In this document: positions 47,415 through 57,232 of the stretch, in pieces
Layout: each line of letters starts with the position of its first letter
Position numbering within the stretch: position 1 is the stretch's first letter
Source: Nanohaloarchaea archaeon B1-Br10_U2g21
GTDB taxonomy: Archaea > Nanohalarchaeota > Nanosalinia > Nanosalinales > Nanosalinaceae
Reading direction: 5' to 3'
DNA: 64,000 bases
NCBI GenBank assembly: GCA_001563915.1
Contig: LKMP01000002.1
Span: forward strand, 1 to 64,000
Translations under genes and position numbers: made by a program
Notes under the pieces: generated by a model
Told to the model about the DNA's origin: nothing
The model's input: the letters and a program-made list of their open reading frames with translations, nothing else
The model's database searches: none

Positions 47415-47518
47415 AGCAAAACATAGATTAAAGTTAAACAGTTAAATGAACAAAAAAGTTTTTCAGAATCTCATAATTATTCTCTGAAACAATCTTTCGA
47501 AGCAGACAAAAGTAGAAG

Positions 47519-47593
47519 TGGACCGGGCCAGATTTGAACTGGCGATCTCCACGTTATCAGCGTGGCGCTATAACCTGGCTAAGCTACCGGTCC
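47519..47593 (-). tRNA. tRNA-Ile(GAT)
   Basis: GGACCGG/CCGGTCC acceptor and CCACG-CTGATAA-CGTGG arm. Confidence 0.95.
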
Positions 47594-47678
47594 GTAAATA
47601 TTGGTTTGACTGGAAAGTGTTTTTAATGCAACGGAGTGCAACTCACGATTTTTATTCAAATACTTCCCTAATATCAAT

Positions 47679-48146
47679 ATGGGAGATATGGAATCAGAAA
47701 TCAGCCGTATTGAACAAAGTTTCGAGGCCTCGATTCCGCGCAACAAAAGATCTGACGCCAAAGTTTTTATGGACCAGTTCATGCCTTTGGCTTTGATACT
47801 TTTAGGTTCTCTCGTAACTTTCCATTTCTTTATACCTGTAGACAGATGGATTTCTGATGTTGTCAACTTGGTCAATTTAGGTCTTGTACTTTTCTTTGGA
47901 CTGCGGTTGGGTCTTGCTTTTAGCCTAGCAGATTCTCATAAAAAATTCTTGGAGCAGCACTGGTTTGATGCATTGTTAGTTATCCCTGCGCTTGCCATAC
48001 TTAGAGAGGCCAGACTTCTACTATTACTTGAGGCTGAGACAGAAGAACAGGCCTATCTAGGATTCCTGTTTGCAAGGAACACAACTATTGCTGGACAAAT
48101 TACTAAGATGTATGCTTGGGGTCGAAGAATATTGCGGCTTTCTTGA
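47679..48146 (+). CDS. Membrane protein resembling an isolated voltage-sensor (S1-S4) domain
   Basis: FLEQHWFDALLVIPALAILREARLL S3-S4-like segment, with no GYG pore motif. Confidence 0.55.
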   Translation: MGDMESEISRIEQSFEASIPRNKRSDAKVFMDQFMPLALILLGSLVTFHFFIPVDRWISDVVNLVNLGLVLFFGLRLGLAFSLADSHKKFLEQHWFDALLVIPALAILREARLLLLLEAETEEQAYLGFLFARNTTIAGQITKMYAWGRRILRLS

Positions 48147-48151
48147 AAAAG

Positions 48152-48286
48152 TGGGCTCGACGGGATTTGAACCCGCGACTACCAGGTATCCCCTCATGAA
48201 ACGCCGAGTTTTTCTAGATCTTTATCCTCCTAGAAATTAGAGGTCTGTTAAGAGCCTGGTGCTCTGCCGGGCTGAGCTACGAGCCC
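48152..48286 (-). tRNA. tRNA-Lys(CTT) with 61-nt intron (48188-48248)
   Basis: GGGCTCG/CGAGCCC acceptor, CCAGG/CCTGG stem, CT-CTT-A then intron at 37/38. Confidence 0.92.
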
Positions 48287-48459
48287 TGTTATTTTTACCT
48301 ATGGAAAAAAGAGAGGTCTTATGATTTATACGATGTTCTTGTAATCTATAATTTTTCTTTTAAGCTTCTATTTCAAAAAAACTGAGCAGTTTTTTAGTAG
48401 TATAGTGAAAAATCTAACAGAAATAAATGGGGAGAGAAAATAAAAAAATTTTTCTGTAT

Positions 48460-49011
48460 CTACCGGAGCTCGGTCTTTCTAATCTCTAGCTCTCTGAACG
48501 GATAGATTTTTTCAGCTCTTTCTCGGAACTCTTTCTGAACGTTGTCCATGAAAATGTTCTCCATGAACTCTTCATAGGTCTGTTGAGAAGCATTTTCTTC
48601 AACTACTTCTTCTATCTCTCTTCTAACTGCTTTCATTGCTTTATTGGAGGCTTTTCTAAGTGTTGCTCCGACTACTTTTACTCTGACAGTTTTTCCATCT
48701 TTGGTCTCAAAATCTCTGACCATGTCAAATCTATCAGTATCAGACCTAATCATACGAGATACAAACTGTGAGGAGCATTCCATAGAATCTATCTCTGTGA
48801 ATGCTTTATTACCTTCTACATCTGTTACTCTTAGCGTTACATCCGCATAGTATTTGTCGCTGCTTTCTAATAAGTCATTTAGGCCTTCTTTAATTGTTCG
48901 ACCGATTACTTGTGATTCTTTTTCTGCTGGTGTCTCGGTTACGATATCTACATCGAATATATCTGGTGCTTGGATTTCATACCAGTTTTTCTGTAAAACT
49001 GCTTTAGCCAT
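48460..49011 (-). CDS. rps3ae: 30S ribosomal protein S3Ae (eS1)
   Basis: KNWYEIQAP..F..ETPA, KIYPFRELEIRKTE. Confidence 0.93.
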   Translation of the reverse strand: MAKAVLQKNWYEIQAPDIFDVDIVTETPAEKESQVIGRTIKEGLNDLLESSDKYYADVTLRVTDVEGNKAFTEIDSMECSSQFVSRMIRSDTDRFDMVRDFETKDGKTVRVKVVGATLRKASNKAMKAVRREIEEVVEENASQQTYEEFMENIFMDNVQKEFRERAEKIYPFRELEIRKTELR

Positions 49012-49064
49012 ACGTCAAGTTCAAAATCAAAACTTTATAAACGGTTGTAGTTTTTAGCAATAGC

Positions 49065-49592
49065 TTAATTCAAAATTTCTAATATTAAGTCAGTTTGATC
49101 CGAATATTCTAATTCTGACCACTCTTCTTCTTGTATATTTGGGGACTTAACCTTGACTTCTTTCAAGTTTGAAGATACTTCTTGTTCTCGTGTAGGCGGA
49201 GCCACCACGTTAACTGCATCTAATGGAATAAAGCTAATTCTATAACCATAGAAACCAGCATGTTCTCTTTCATCAAGAGAATCTAGCGAATCTTCTCTGT
49301 GATAATTTAGAACTCGGTTTAAGTTAGCTTCAGCTATAATGAAATCATCAGTATTTAATGGCAGATAAGGTTGTATCTTTTCCGGGCTATCTCCCCATTG
49401 GGCCGGCATTTCTTCATCGTACTTGAGTTTATCACTATATTTATCTTGGTAATCTCTAAAACCTTCGTCTTGTACTACTTTATCTATCATGTCTGAAAAA
49501 TTATGTACGTCTAGCGTTTCTCTTCTTTTCCTATATTTTTTAGGTTCCAGAGAACCTCCAACAGATAAAACTCGGTATAGGTTTTCAGACAT
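49065..49592 (-). CDS. Hypothetical protein
   Basis: 175-aa ORF between the RecJ-like gene and rps3ae. Confidence 0.65.
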   Translation of the reverse strand: MSENLYRVLSVGGSLEPKKYRKRRETLDVHNFSDMIDKVVQDEGFRDYQDKYSDKLKYDEEMPAQWGDSPEKIQPYLPLNTDDFIIAEANLNRVLNYHREDSLDSLDEREHAGFYGYRISFIPLDAVNVVAPPTREQEVSSNLKEVKVKSPNIQEEEWSELEYSDQTDLILEILN

Positions 49593-49654
49593 TAATCCTA
49601 CTATAATAACACAACTATAAAAATGTTGTTAGATGGTGGTAGTGAATAAATAAG

Positions 49655-51016
49655 TCATGTTTCCTGGCCTATTTTTTCCCGGAGCATTTCAAGAAATTCA
49701 TCCTTATTTTCTCTTGGTATCTTAGCTCCGGCCGCCACATTATGACCTCCTCCTTCCCCATCTAACTCTTCACATATTTCACCGATTATTTCTCCTAAGT
49801 TAAGACCTGCCTCTACTGCATCTTTCGAAGCTCTTGAAGAAATCTTAATCTCATCTTTCCCCGAATACGCAGCCCCCACCACAACATCAGATGTGAAAAA
49901 TCCATTACTCATTGATATAGTCGTAACAGTACCTATAAAATCATCCTTGATGTTGTCTTCTGCATCAATCACTCCAATTCCATCCTCATATATGTATTCC
50001 TCATCGTTCTTATTATTTTCAACAAATCGGAGCGATTTAGCTATTTTTCGACTGTATGCTCTAGAAATCTTTTTTGCAAGTTCTAAATCTCTTTCAACTA
50101 GAATGTTAACGCCTGTACGCGCTTTTCCAAGACGCCCACACGCATTAATAACTGTTGAGAACTCATCAACCTCATAACCATTTTCTAAAGTGTAAATATT
50201 GTTTAGCAGCGGTTGTACCGGTCTACCAGTCTTAATCAAACCATTTATCAGTTTGCGTTCTTCCTCCTCTGATAAATCACTCAACGTTCTGAAACTCCCA
50301 TTTTCTCTAATATTAACACCGTGAGACTGTACAAACTGCACAGCCCCATTATCATCATTAGAAATACCTTCCAAATGTGGATCAGTAGTATATTTTAGCG
50401 AGTCTTTTAGAGGTTTAGTCGTTCTACCATAGAGATCAAGACCTTTTCTTTTCTTAACTATCTCATTTTCCACTGCAAGCTTTTCAAGGTCTGAGTTAAG
50501 GCCTAGAAACTCTCCCTCTTGTTTCTGGATATCTCCTGTTGCTCCTATAAGAGCTAGCTCAACTAAATCAATGTTTTCTTCATCATATGCCCATGCCACT
50601 ATAAAAGACATTCCTGCTGCAGAGATTGCTTCTCCACCATCAATTCCAAGAAAATGAGGATTTAAGTGGACAAAACTACCTTTCTCACTGGGTTCGTGAT
50701 GATCAACTACAATTACTTCTTTTTCAGGCGCCAATATTTCTTCTATTGACGATGCCTTTCCTGATCCTATGTCAACAAATAATATGAGCTCTTCATCTTC
50801 TTCAGCAAGTCGTTCTACATCCTCTTCGTATAATTGTTTCAAAATTTCGTATTCAAACTCTTTACCCGCTCTTTCAAGCATTTGATATGCTATGGCGGTC
50901 GCAGATATTCCGTCTGCATCATATTGGCCTACAAGTCTTATCTTACCATCATATTCCTTGATTTTCTCAACTGCTGCCTGTGATTCTTCTTTAATATCTT
51001 GTAGACCATTCTCCAT
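49655..51016 (-). CDS. RecJ/Cdc45-like DHH nuclease (GAN-like)
   Basis: YDADG, DIGSG, DHH, NPH, INACGR, GGGHNVAAG; conserved position after rps15. Confidence 0.88.
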   Translation of the reverse strand: MENGLQDIKEESQAAVEKIKEYDGKIRLVGQYDADGISATAIAYQMLERAGKEFEYEILKQLYEEDVERLAEEDEELILFVDIGSGKASSIEEILAPEKEVIVVDHHEPSEKGSFVHLNPHFLGIDGGEAISAAGMSFIVAWAYDEENIDLVELALIGATGDIQKQEGEFLGLNSDLEKLAVENEIVKKRKGLDLYGRTTKPLKDSLKYTTDPHLEGISNDDNGAVQFVQSHGVNIRENGSFRTLSDLSEEEERKLINGLIKTGRPVQPLLNNIYTLENGYEVDEFSTVINACGRLGKARTGVNILVERDLELAKKISRAYSRKIAKSLRFVENNKNDEEYIYEDGIGVIDAEDNIKDDFIGTVTTISMSNGFFTSDVVVGAAYSGKDEIKISSRASKDAVEAGLNLGEIIGEICEELDGEGGGHNVAAGAKIPRENKDEFLEMLREKIGQET

Positions 51017-51077
51017 AAGTTATATCTGCCTGTGTCAAAGTTAACTGTTTTTCTTGAGATTGAACAGAATCAGGAAG

Positions 51078-51509
51078 TTATCTTGTATACTTCCAGCTTT
51101 CCCCAATATTTCCGTTTTCCCTGTGATAAGACGCAATTCTCCTGATCTTAGCTTCTGTAAGCTCTAGTCTTCTAATGGCCTGCTGATCTTCTGAATTGTC
51201 TTCCAAGTGTTCAGTAATCTTTTCTGCTTTCTTGATAAGATTCGTTAGATCTTCAGGTAGTTCAAGACCTACATCATTTTCGTCTAAAATTTCTGTAATA
51301 GTTTTCTCAGTAACCTGTTCTACGCTAGGGATTCCATACTGATCTCTAATTCTTAAACCAATCTGCGCAGGCATTAGACCTTCTTCCCTTAACTTAAGGA
51401 CTAGATCTTCTACTTCATCTTCATCGTAGTCTACCCAGTCAGGTTGACTTTCTTCTACAGGTTTTTTTGATCCGGATACTCCTCTTCCGTCAGAATGCAT
51501 TCTTGCCAA
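51078..51509 (-). CDS. rps15: 30S ribosomal protein S15 (uS15)
   Basis: (M)ARMHSDGRGVSGSKKP, IGLRIRDQYGIP, PEDL, EAKIRR. TTG start 7 nt after AGGTGA. Confidence 0.95.
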   Translation of the reverse strand: MARMHSDGRGVSGSKKPVEESQPDWVDYDEDEVEDLVLKLREEGLMPAQIGLRIRDQYGIPSVEQVTEKTITEILDENDVGLELPEDLTNLIKKAEKITEHLEDNSEDQQAIRRLELTEAKIRRIASYHRENGNIGESWKYTR

Positions 51510-51644
51510 TGTTTGTTCACCTTTGCTGATACGGCTCAGCTCATACTTCGCCGCTCTAAACAATATGAGTAAGAGGAAATTTTTTAAATCAAGACCAGGC
51601 CACTAAATTTTTTGTGAAAATCAGAGTCTAGAGCTAAGAAATTC

Positions 51645-52205
51645 TTACTTATAGCGACCTCTTTGTTCTACTTCCGCCAATCTCTGGATCACATCTTCCC
51701 TAAACTCAGGCCTATATCCTTCCATAAAGTTCTCCCAGGCTTCTTCAAACTTGTCTGAGTGAGAACTCTTTAAGACTTGTTTCAGAAGATGAAGGTCTAC
51801 TGCTCGGTCTTCTGTCCGTGTACTCTGGCCGGATAGTCCAAAGTCAATTAAATATATCTTATCCGAGTGCATGATATTCTTTGTAGTCATATCCCCATGC
51901 ACTATCTCTGCAGAGTGAAGCCTGCCCAGATGTTTTCCGACTTCCCCCATTTTTTCAGCTTTAAAATTTTCTGCGAGAGATTTGCCATCAATTTTTTCAA
52001 TTTCAAGCACATAGTCTGATACCTGTTCAATTTTTGGCACGCTAACATCATGTCTTAAGGCCTTTTTCATTGAGTTATACTCTGTCTGTGTTCGCTGCTT
52101 TCTAATACGCTGGTCAAGCTCTGGATGGCGGTATTTTTTCCTAGGTCTTTCTTTGACCACTTTATCTTCTAGTATTTCTATTTCGGCTTCTGCTCCTTGG
52201 ATCAT
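51645..52205 (-). CDS. bud32: KEOPS kinase/ATPase Bud32
   Basis: QGAEA, KKYRHPELD, HGDMTTKN, IDFGLS, EDRAVDL, RGRY. Confidence 0.93.
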   Translation of the reverse strand: MIQGAEAEIEILEDKVVKERPRKKYRHPELDQRIRKQRTQTEYNSMKKALRHDVSVPKIEQVSDYVLEIEKIDGKSLAENFKAEKMGEVGKHLGRLHSAEIVHGDMTTKNIMHSDKIYLIDFGLSGQSTRTEDRAVDLHLLKQVLKSSHSDKFEEAWENFMEGYRPEFREDVIQRLAEVEQRGRYK

Positions 52206-53806
52206 AGGTTGAGATATTTGCGGAATTCTAAAAGGCTTTTCCTACGCATCTCTTCTTTCTTTACCGGATTATTTGTGAGCGCATAAAGATCATCCACCAT
52301 TTTTTCGCTTGCAGCAATATCTGGAACCATAACATGTAAAGCACCTTTTTCAAGAAGTTCTAGGCCTTCTTTTGGATCTTCTGCTCTAACTATCTTATCT
52401 TTAGGGCTTTCGATTCCAAGTATCCGGCCTGAAATTTTGAACGATGGAACTGTTGAGATGATCAAAGCTGCGTTTTCATGATTTGCTTCATCCCATGTGA
52501 TTTCATCCATTACGTCCCCATAGACTGCTTTGAAACCTTTCTGGTTTAGTTCGGAGATTTTTTCAGGGTCATTGTCGATTACTATAAACTCTGTTTCTTC
52601 TTCCAGTAATGCCTCTACTATTTTCTTTCCCTGTATATCATAGCCTACAACGATTACGTGGTCTTCAGTTTCGTAACTCGTTCTCGAACCTCTTTCAGAA
52701 CCTATTACGTTGTATATTTCTTCTTCATATTTTTTAGTGTACGAGGAAAGGACCATTGTAGCTGTAGCCGCTAAAATAATAGCCTCAAAAGTCACATCTG
52801 TTATGAATCCAAGTACAAATCCTTGAATAGTTATTACTAATGCTAATTCGCTTACCTGATCTATAGACAGTCCTGTAAGTAGTGCCGTTCTGTTGTCATA
52901 GTTAAACATTTTTAACGATAGATATGCTGTTAGAGGCCCTACAATCACAGTTATTAGTGTAAGCCCTATTGCCGATGCTAGAACTGTTTGGCTAGGAAAA
53001 CTGAGTAATGCGCCAAGTATTACAAAGAATATTGCTGAAAAGAAGTCCTTTATTGACCCCATTGTATCTAGTAGTTCAACATTGTAAGGGAACTTTGATG
53101 CAGCTATGCCTGCTGCAAACGCCCCTACCACCATAGAAGCTCCAAGGAACTCGCTTAGACCTATAAAGCCTATTAGTAGAGATAGAGAAGCCATTGTAAT
53201 AAGCTCTTGATTTCCTCCGGCTTGTTCTGCTATAAATCCAAATACATGATCCCTGAACAGTACTGCTCCCACAATTATTAGAGCCGAGTATGCTAGTGCA
53301 AGTAAAGCTGACTCTACTGTAGTTGCAAGCACTACTGCTATAAGAGCAAAAGCCACCATATCCTGAACAAAATGCAGCGATTCGACAAGGCGGCCATGTA
53401 AAAGGTTTGTATGTATCTCTCTTTCTGTTAGTTGTAGACCTACAAGACTTGAACTCAATGCAGCCGCCATTGCAAAGTAAAAGGAATTATTTGAATCAAA
53501 TCCTAGTGCTGTAGCTAGTAGGTATGCTAATCCTCCCGTAACCAGCATCTGAATTAGAGAAGTATTAATTGCTGCTGAAGCAGTTGATTTTAAATTTTTA
53601 GGATTATACTTGAGTCCAAATATGAATACTAGGAATGCAATACCTATCTGTGCAAGATTTAACAAATCAGTACTTGATATAAGCGTTCCAGCTACTATAC
53701 CAGCAATTATATATCCTGGCAGCGATGGATGGCCAAACCTATCCATTATAAGTAGCATTATCGCCGCTGCTGCAAATATTACTGTAAAGTCTGCTAATAT
53801 TTCCAT
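52202..53806 (-). CDS. CPA2/Kef-type cation:proton antiporter with KTN domain
   Basis: About 12 TM helices, QD motif, QVSE motif, VVGYDIQG...YGD TrkA-N domain. Confidence 0.9.
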   Translation of the reverse strand: MEILADFTVIFAAAAIMLLIMDRFGHPSLPGYIIAGIVAGTLISSTDLLNLAQIGIAFLVFIFGLKYNPKNLKSTASAAINTSLIQMLVTGGLAYLLATALGFDSNNSFYFAMAAALSSSLVGLQLTEREIHTNLLHGRLVESLHFVQDMVAFALIAVVLATTVESALLALAYSALIIVGAVLFRDHVFGFIAEQAGGNQELITMASLSLLIGFIGLSEFLGASMVVGAFAAGIAASKFPYNVELLDTMGSIKDFFSAIFFVILGALLSFPSQTVLASAIGLTLITVIVGPLTAYLSLKMFNYDNRTALLTGLSIDQVSELALVITIQGFVLGFITDVTFEAIILAATATMVLSSYTKKYEEEIYNVIGSERGSRTSYETEDHVIVVGYDIQGKKIVEALLEEETEFIVIDNDPEKISELNQKGFKAVYGDVMDEITWDEANHENAALIISTVPSFKISGRILGIESPKDKIVRAEDPKEGLELLEKGALHVMVPDIAASEKMVDDLYALTNNPVKKEEMRRKSLLEFRKYLNL

Positions 53807-55554
53807 TTTTCTGAAGTCTCCTTAACTTTTTGTTTTTCGATTTCAACCTCTTCTAAGAATATTTCTCTATCTTCTAGGTATAGCTTGAGCAGATCTCCTA
53901 GTTTTTCTCCCGCCAAGTGTTCTTTCAGTATCACATAATCTGCTCCGCTTTCGTATAGCTCTACAGCATCTTCAAATGATTTAGCTTTCAGAACGGTAAG
54001 ACATTCAAGTTCTTCCAATATCATTTTATTGAGATCTTGATCAGGCGCCATAGAGATTACTGCTTGAGCATTCTGAAGACTAGACTCTTTCCTGATTTCA
54101 TCATGTATAAGATCGCCGTACACTAATTCATGAGATGCATCCCTATTTTCAACACTGTGACCGGTTTCTTGAAGCTGTTCTACAACTGCAGGATTCTTTT
54201 CAACAATCAGAACATCCTCATAGAGTTCTTCGAGCAGAGGTACAAGTTCTCTCGTAGACTCATCATATCCTACTACTACCGCATGATTCCTATGTTTAAT
54301 GTCTCGCGTCTGTATAGGATTTTCTGGCTCAAATCTTTGTAGATAAGGCTCTACTCTCTCAAAGATTTCTCGGTTGTACATTACATAGTATGTAGAGATA
54401 GGCATAGTGATTATTGCCATCAAGCTCAGGAATCCTAGAATACCAGGCTCAACAAATCCTTGTGTAACTGCTAACGCTCCCAATACTAATGAGAACTCAC
54501 TGACTTGTAGCATTGAAATAGTACCAAGGAAAGAAGTCTCTAAATCAAAGTTTTGGCTAATGTAAAGACCGAAAACAATACAGAAATTGATTCCCAGAAG
54601 AAGTACCGATGCAATAACCGCTTCTTTCCAATATACTAATAGAGAACTCATATCGATTGTGAGGCCTATACTAGCGAAAAATATCACTATGAAAAAGTTG
54701 GTTACAGGAGCCATCCTCTCCTTTAACTCAGTACTATACGATGATTGGGCCAATGCAAGACCTGCAAGAAATGCTCCAATCTCAATTGAGACATCGTAAT
54801 AGTCTGAAACAAATATGAATATAAATGCCCATGCTAAGCCCACAGTGAGCAATGTTGTTGAGTTAGAGGCGCTTAATCGTAATAAAGTCGGCAATACATA
54901 CTTGCTTGTTAGATATGCGGCCATTCCTATCAGGAACATCATGAAAAATACTCTAGAAATTTGAAACATGATTTCATTGAATCCACTCATAGTGCCTACT
55001 GCTAAGATGGCCAAAGCCACTACAAGATAAAGATCCTGGAATATTAGTATTCCTACATCTACCCTGCCATAAAGCTCGTTTAGTTCATCCTTATCTCCTA
55101 AGACCTTCACGATAATTGGTGTCGCTCCAAAAGTAGTTGCCAAAGCAATCATCAATGACGTAAATAGGTCAAAACCAAGCAGTAAAGCGACTATCGTTGA
55201 TGCAATACCCTGTAACGTTGCCTGTCCCACTGCAATAAATCCTACAGGCTTTAAAATTTCCCTGACTTTTCCAAAACTCATTTCCATCCCTAGTAAGAAC
55301 AACAAAAATCCGAGGCCTAGTTCAGCAATTATGTCAATAAGTTGATCCTGTGACACTATAGGGCCATCAAGGAAAACAGATAAATCGAAGGGAAGCATTC
55401 CATGAGTAAGTAACGCATATCCTATGGGCCCTACAATCAGCCCTGTGATAATATACGCCACAATAGTCGGTTGTTTCGTCTTACGGGCTAGAAACCCGAG
55501 TAGCGTCGCTGCTATCAATAAAATTGCGAAGTCTAGTGTGAATGCTTCAATCAT
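53794..55554 (-). CDS. CPA2/Kef-type cation:proton antiporter with KTN domain
   Basis: GILIFQD, GAFLAG, QVSEF, C-terminal KTN domain with GADYVI. Confidence 0.9.
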   Translation of the reverse strand: MIEAFTLDFAILLIAATLLGFLARKTKQPTIVAYIITGLIVGPIGYALLTHGMLPFDLSVFLDGPIVSQDQLIDIIAELGLGFLLFLLGMEMSFGKVREILKPVGFIAVGQATLQGIASTIVALLLGFDLFTSLMIALATTFGATPIIVKVLGDKDELNELYGRVDVGILIFQDLYLVVALAILAVGTMSGFNEIMFQISRVFFMMFLIGMAAYLTSKYVLPTLLRLSASNSTTLLTVGLAWAFIFIFVSDYYDVSIEIGAFLAGLALAQSSYSTELKERMAPVTNFFIVIFFASIGLTIDMSSLLVYWKEAVIASVLLLGINFCIVFGLYISQNFDLETSFLGTISMLQVSEFSLVLGALAVTQGFVEPGILGFLSLMAIITMPISTYYVMYNREIFERVEPYLQRFEPENPIQTRDIKHRNHAVVVGYDESTRELVPLLEELYEDVLIVEKNPAVVEQLQETGHSVENRDASHELVYGDLIHDEIRKESSLQNAQAVISMAPDQDLNKMILEELECLTVLKAKSFEDAVELYESGADYVILKEHLAGEKLGDLLKLYLEDREIFLEEVEIEKQKVKETSEKWKY

Positions 55555-56125
55555 GTAGAGCTGCCTCTATTTCTTCCTGAGAAATAGGTCCCTCTCTGTG
55601 AATAAAAACCTCACTGTTCTTTACCTCAGCAATAGTAGAAGTAGGGCCACTAGGTAAATGGCCTTTGTCAAGCACAAAGTCTACTTTTTCCAGCAACTCC
55701 TCAGAAATATCATCTACAGAATAAGAAGTCTTCTCACCAGAAATATTAGCGCTTGTTGCTATTAAAGGCGTTTTTTCTGCAATTTCTCTTGCTAGAGGGC
55801 TTGAGGAAATCCTGAAAACGAACTTGTTATTCACGTTGTCAGGCATATTATCTTTCTTTTTGGCTACCAACGTGAGAGGTCCTGGCATAAACTCTTCAAT
55901 CAGAATTTTTTCTTTCTCAGATAAATCAGCATATTCTTCAGCAACCTCTAGCGAACTGACAATAACTGTAAGGCCTTTATTTCTAGGTCTCTGCTTCGCA
56001 TCGTAAACTTTTTCCACTGCTCTTTTGTTTAGTGCATCAGCGCCCAAACCATAAGCAGTCTCTGTTGGATATACTATAAGACCTCCGTCTTTGATTATTT
56101 CTCTGGCTTTTTTATCGTCTGACAT
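55547..56125 (-). CDS. sua5: Threonylcarbamoyl-AMP synthase (short TsaC/YrdC type)
   Basis: YPTETAYGLGA, AKQRP, PGPLT, TSANISG, REG; no C-terminal SUA5 domain. Confidence 0.92.
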   Translation of the reverse strand: MSDDKKAREIIKDGGLIVYPTETAYGLGADALNKRAVEKVYDAKQRPRNKGLTVIVSSLEVAEEYADLSEKEKILIEEFMPGPLTLVAKKKDNMPDNVNNKFVFRISSSPLAREIAEKTPLIATSANISGEKTSYSVDDISEELLEKVDFVLDKGHLPSGPTSTIAEVKNSEVFIHREGPISQEEIEAALHD

Positions 56126-56181
56126 GCAGGAACTAAAACGTAAGGTGAATGTTTAAAATGCTGGGGAAAACTTGAGGTCGT

Positions 56182-56982
56182 ATGGCCATACAAAAGTTTT
56201 TCAATAATTACTTATCCAATAAATCAGTTTGGGCTGTGGCCTTACTTATTTTAGTTGCTGCAGAATCAATTTCGTATTTTGCAATTCATGTATTACGCGT
56301 TAGCAGTGAAATTCCGGTCTCTCCGGTTTCTCTAACTCTATTGATGATTGGCGGCATGTATTACCTTTCGAACCACAAGCAATTTGGCCAAAAAATTGAA
56401 GAAGTATTTTTAGTAGGTTTTACTTTCCTTGCTTTAGGCCTTGTTGGCGTACTTGCTAGCTTAGTATTCTACTTGGCTGTAATACCTGAACTGGCTCCTC
56501 TAGTGCTAGGACAGATAGTTTCAAGCCTGGAGCTTGCTGTAGTGGCTGCAGGAATAATTATTGCAATTCAAAAATTTGATGTCCAAGATTTGCTACGCAA
56601 ACTAATTATCGCATCTGCCGGATTCTTACTAACAGCTATAGGTTACTCAGCCTACGTTGGAGCATTTAATTTGTACACCTTAGCAACATTCCACGGAACA
56701 GCGACAGTAAGCTGGTTTGTAACCTCAGTATTTGCATTTTATACTGCAGAATTTCTTGCAAAAAATCTAGAATACAGAGAAAAAAGTCTTATTGCTGTTC
56801 TTTTGCCCGGATTAGTAATATTACATAATATAGCAGACTATATCGCATTATCTATTATTAGTTTCATAGATTTCGAAATAGCGGAATCTTTACAACATAT
56901 AGGTCTTGCAGAACCTTATTTAGCTAGTATTGCTGCAGCCATAACAGGTCTTTTGTATGCATTATATTTACACCTCTTTTAG
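56182..56982 (+). CDS. Polytopic membrane protein
   Basis: About 8 hydrophobic segments. Confidence 0.7.
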   Translation: MAIQKFFNNYLSNKSVWAVALLILVAAESISYFAIHVLRVSSEIPVSPVSLTLLMIGGMYYLSNHKQFGQKIEEVFLVGFTFLALGLVGVLASLVFYLAVIPELAPLVLGQIVSSLELAVVAAGIIIAIQKFDVQDLLRKLIIASAGFLLTAIGYSAYVGAFNLYTLATFHGTATVSWFVTSVFAFYTAEFLAKNLEYREKSLIAVLLPGLVILHNIADYIALSIISFIDFEIAESLQHIGLAEPYLASIAAAITGLLYALYLHLF

Positions 56983-57232
56983 CGCAGACACGCTCTAAAG
57001 ACTAAGAATATACTAAACTTGTCTAGGTTCGACCAGAGGCGAAGGAATACCTTACTCCAAAGGAAATAACATATGCGAGTTATCATTTGAAGACAGAACA
57101 ATTACTATTAGATATTCCGCTCGAGATCTAGATGAATTAGAAGGTGTAATAAGCAATGATAATTTTTATGATGAACTCTTGAGCCAAGAGGAAATGCAGA
57201 ATTTATAACCCAACCCTCCTATAACTCAATAA

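Noticed and set aside
48188-48248. tRNA-Lys intron as a box C/D guide like the euryarchaeal tRNA-Trp intron
   Set aside because: No RUGAUGA or CUGA boxes are present.
57017-57208. Start-less 63-codon acidic frame (...CELSFEDRTITIRYSARDLDELEG...)
   Set aside because: No start codon or recognisable family. It may be a gene remnant but cannot be supported.
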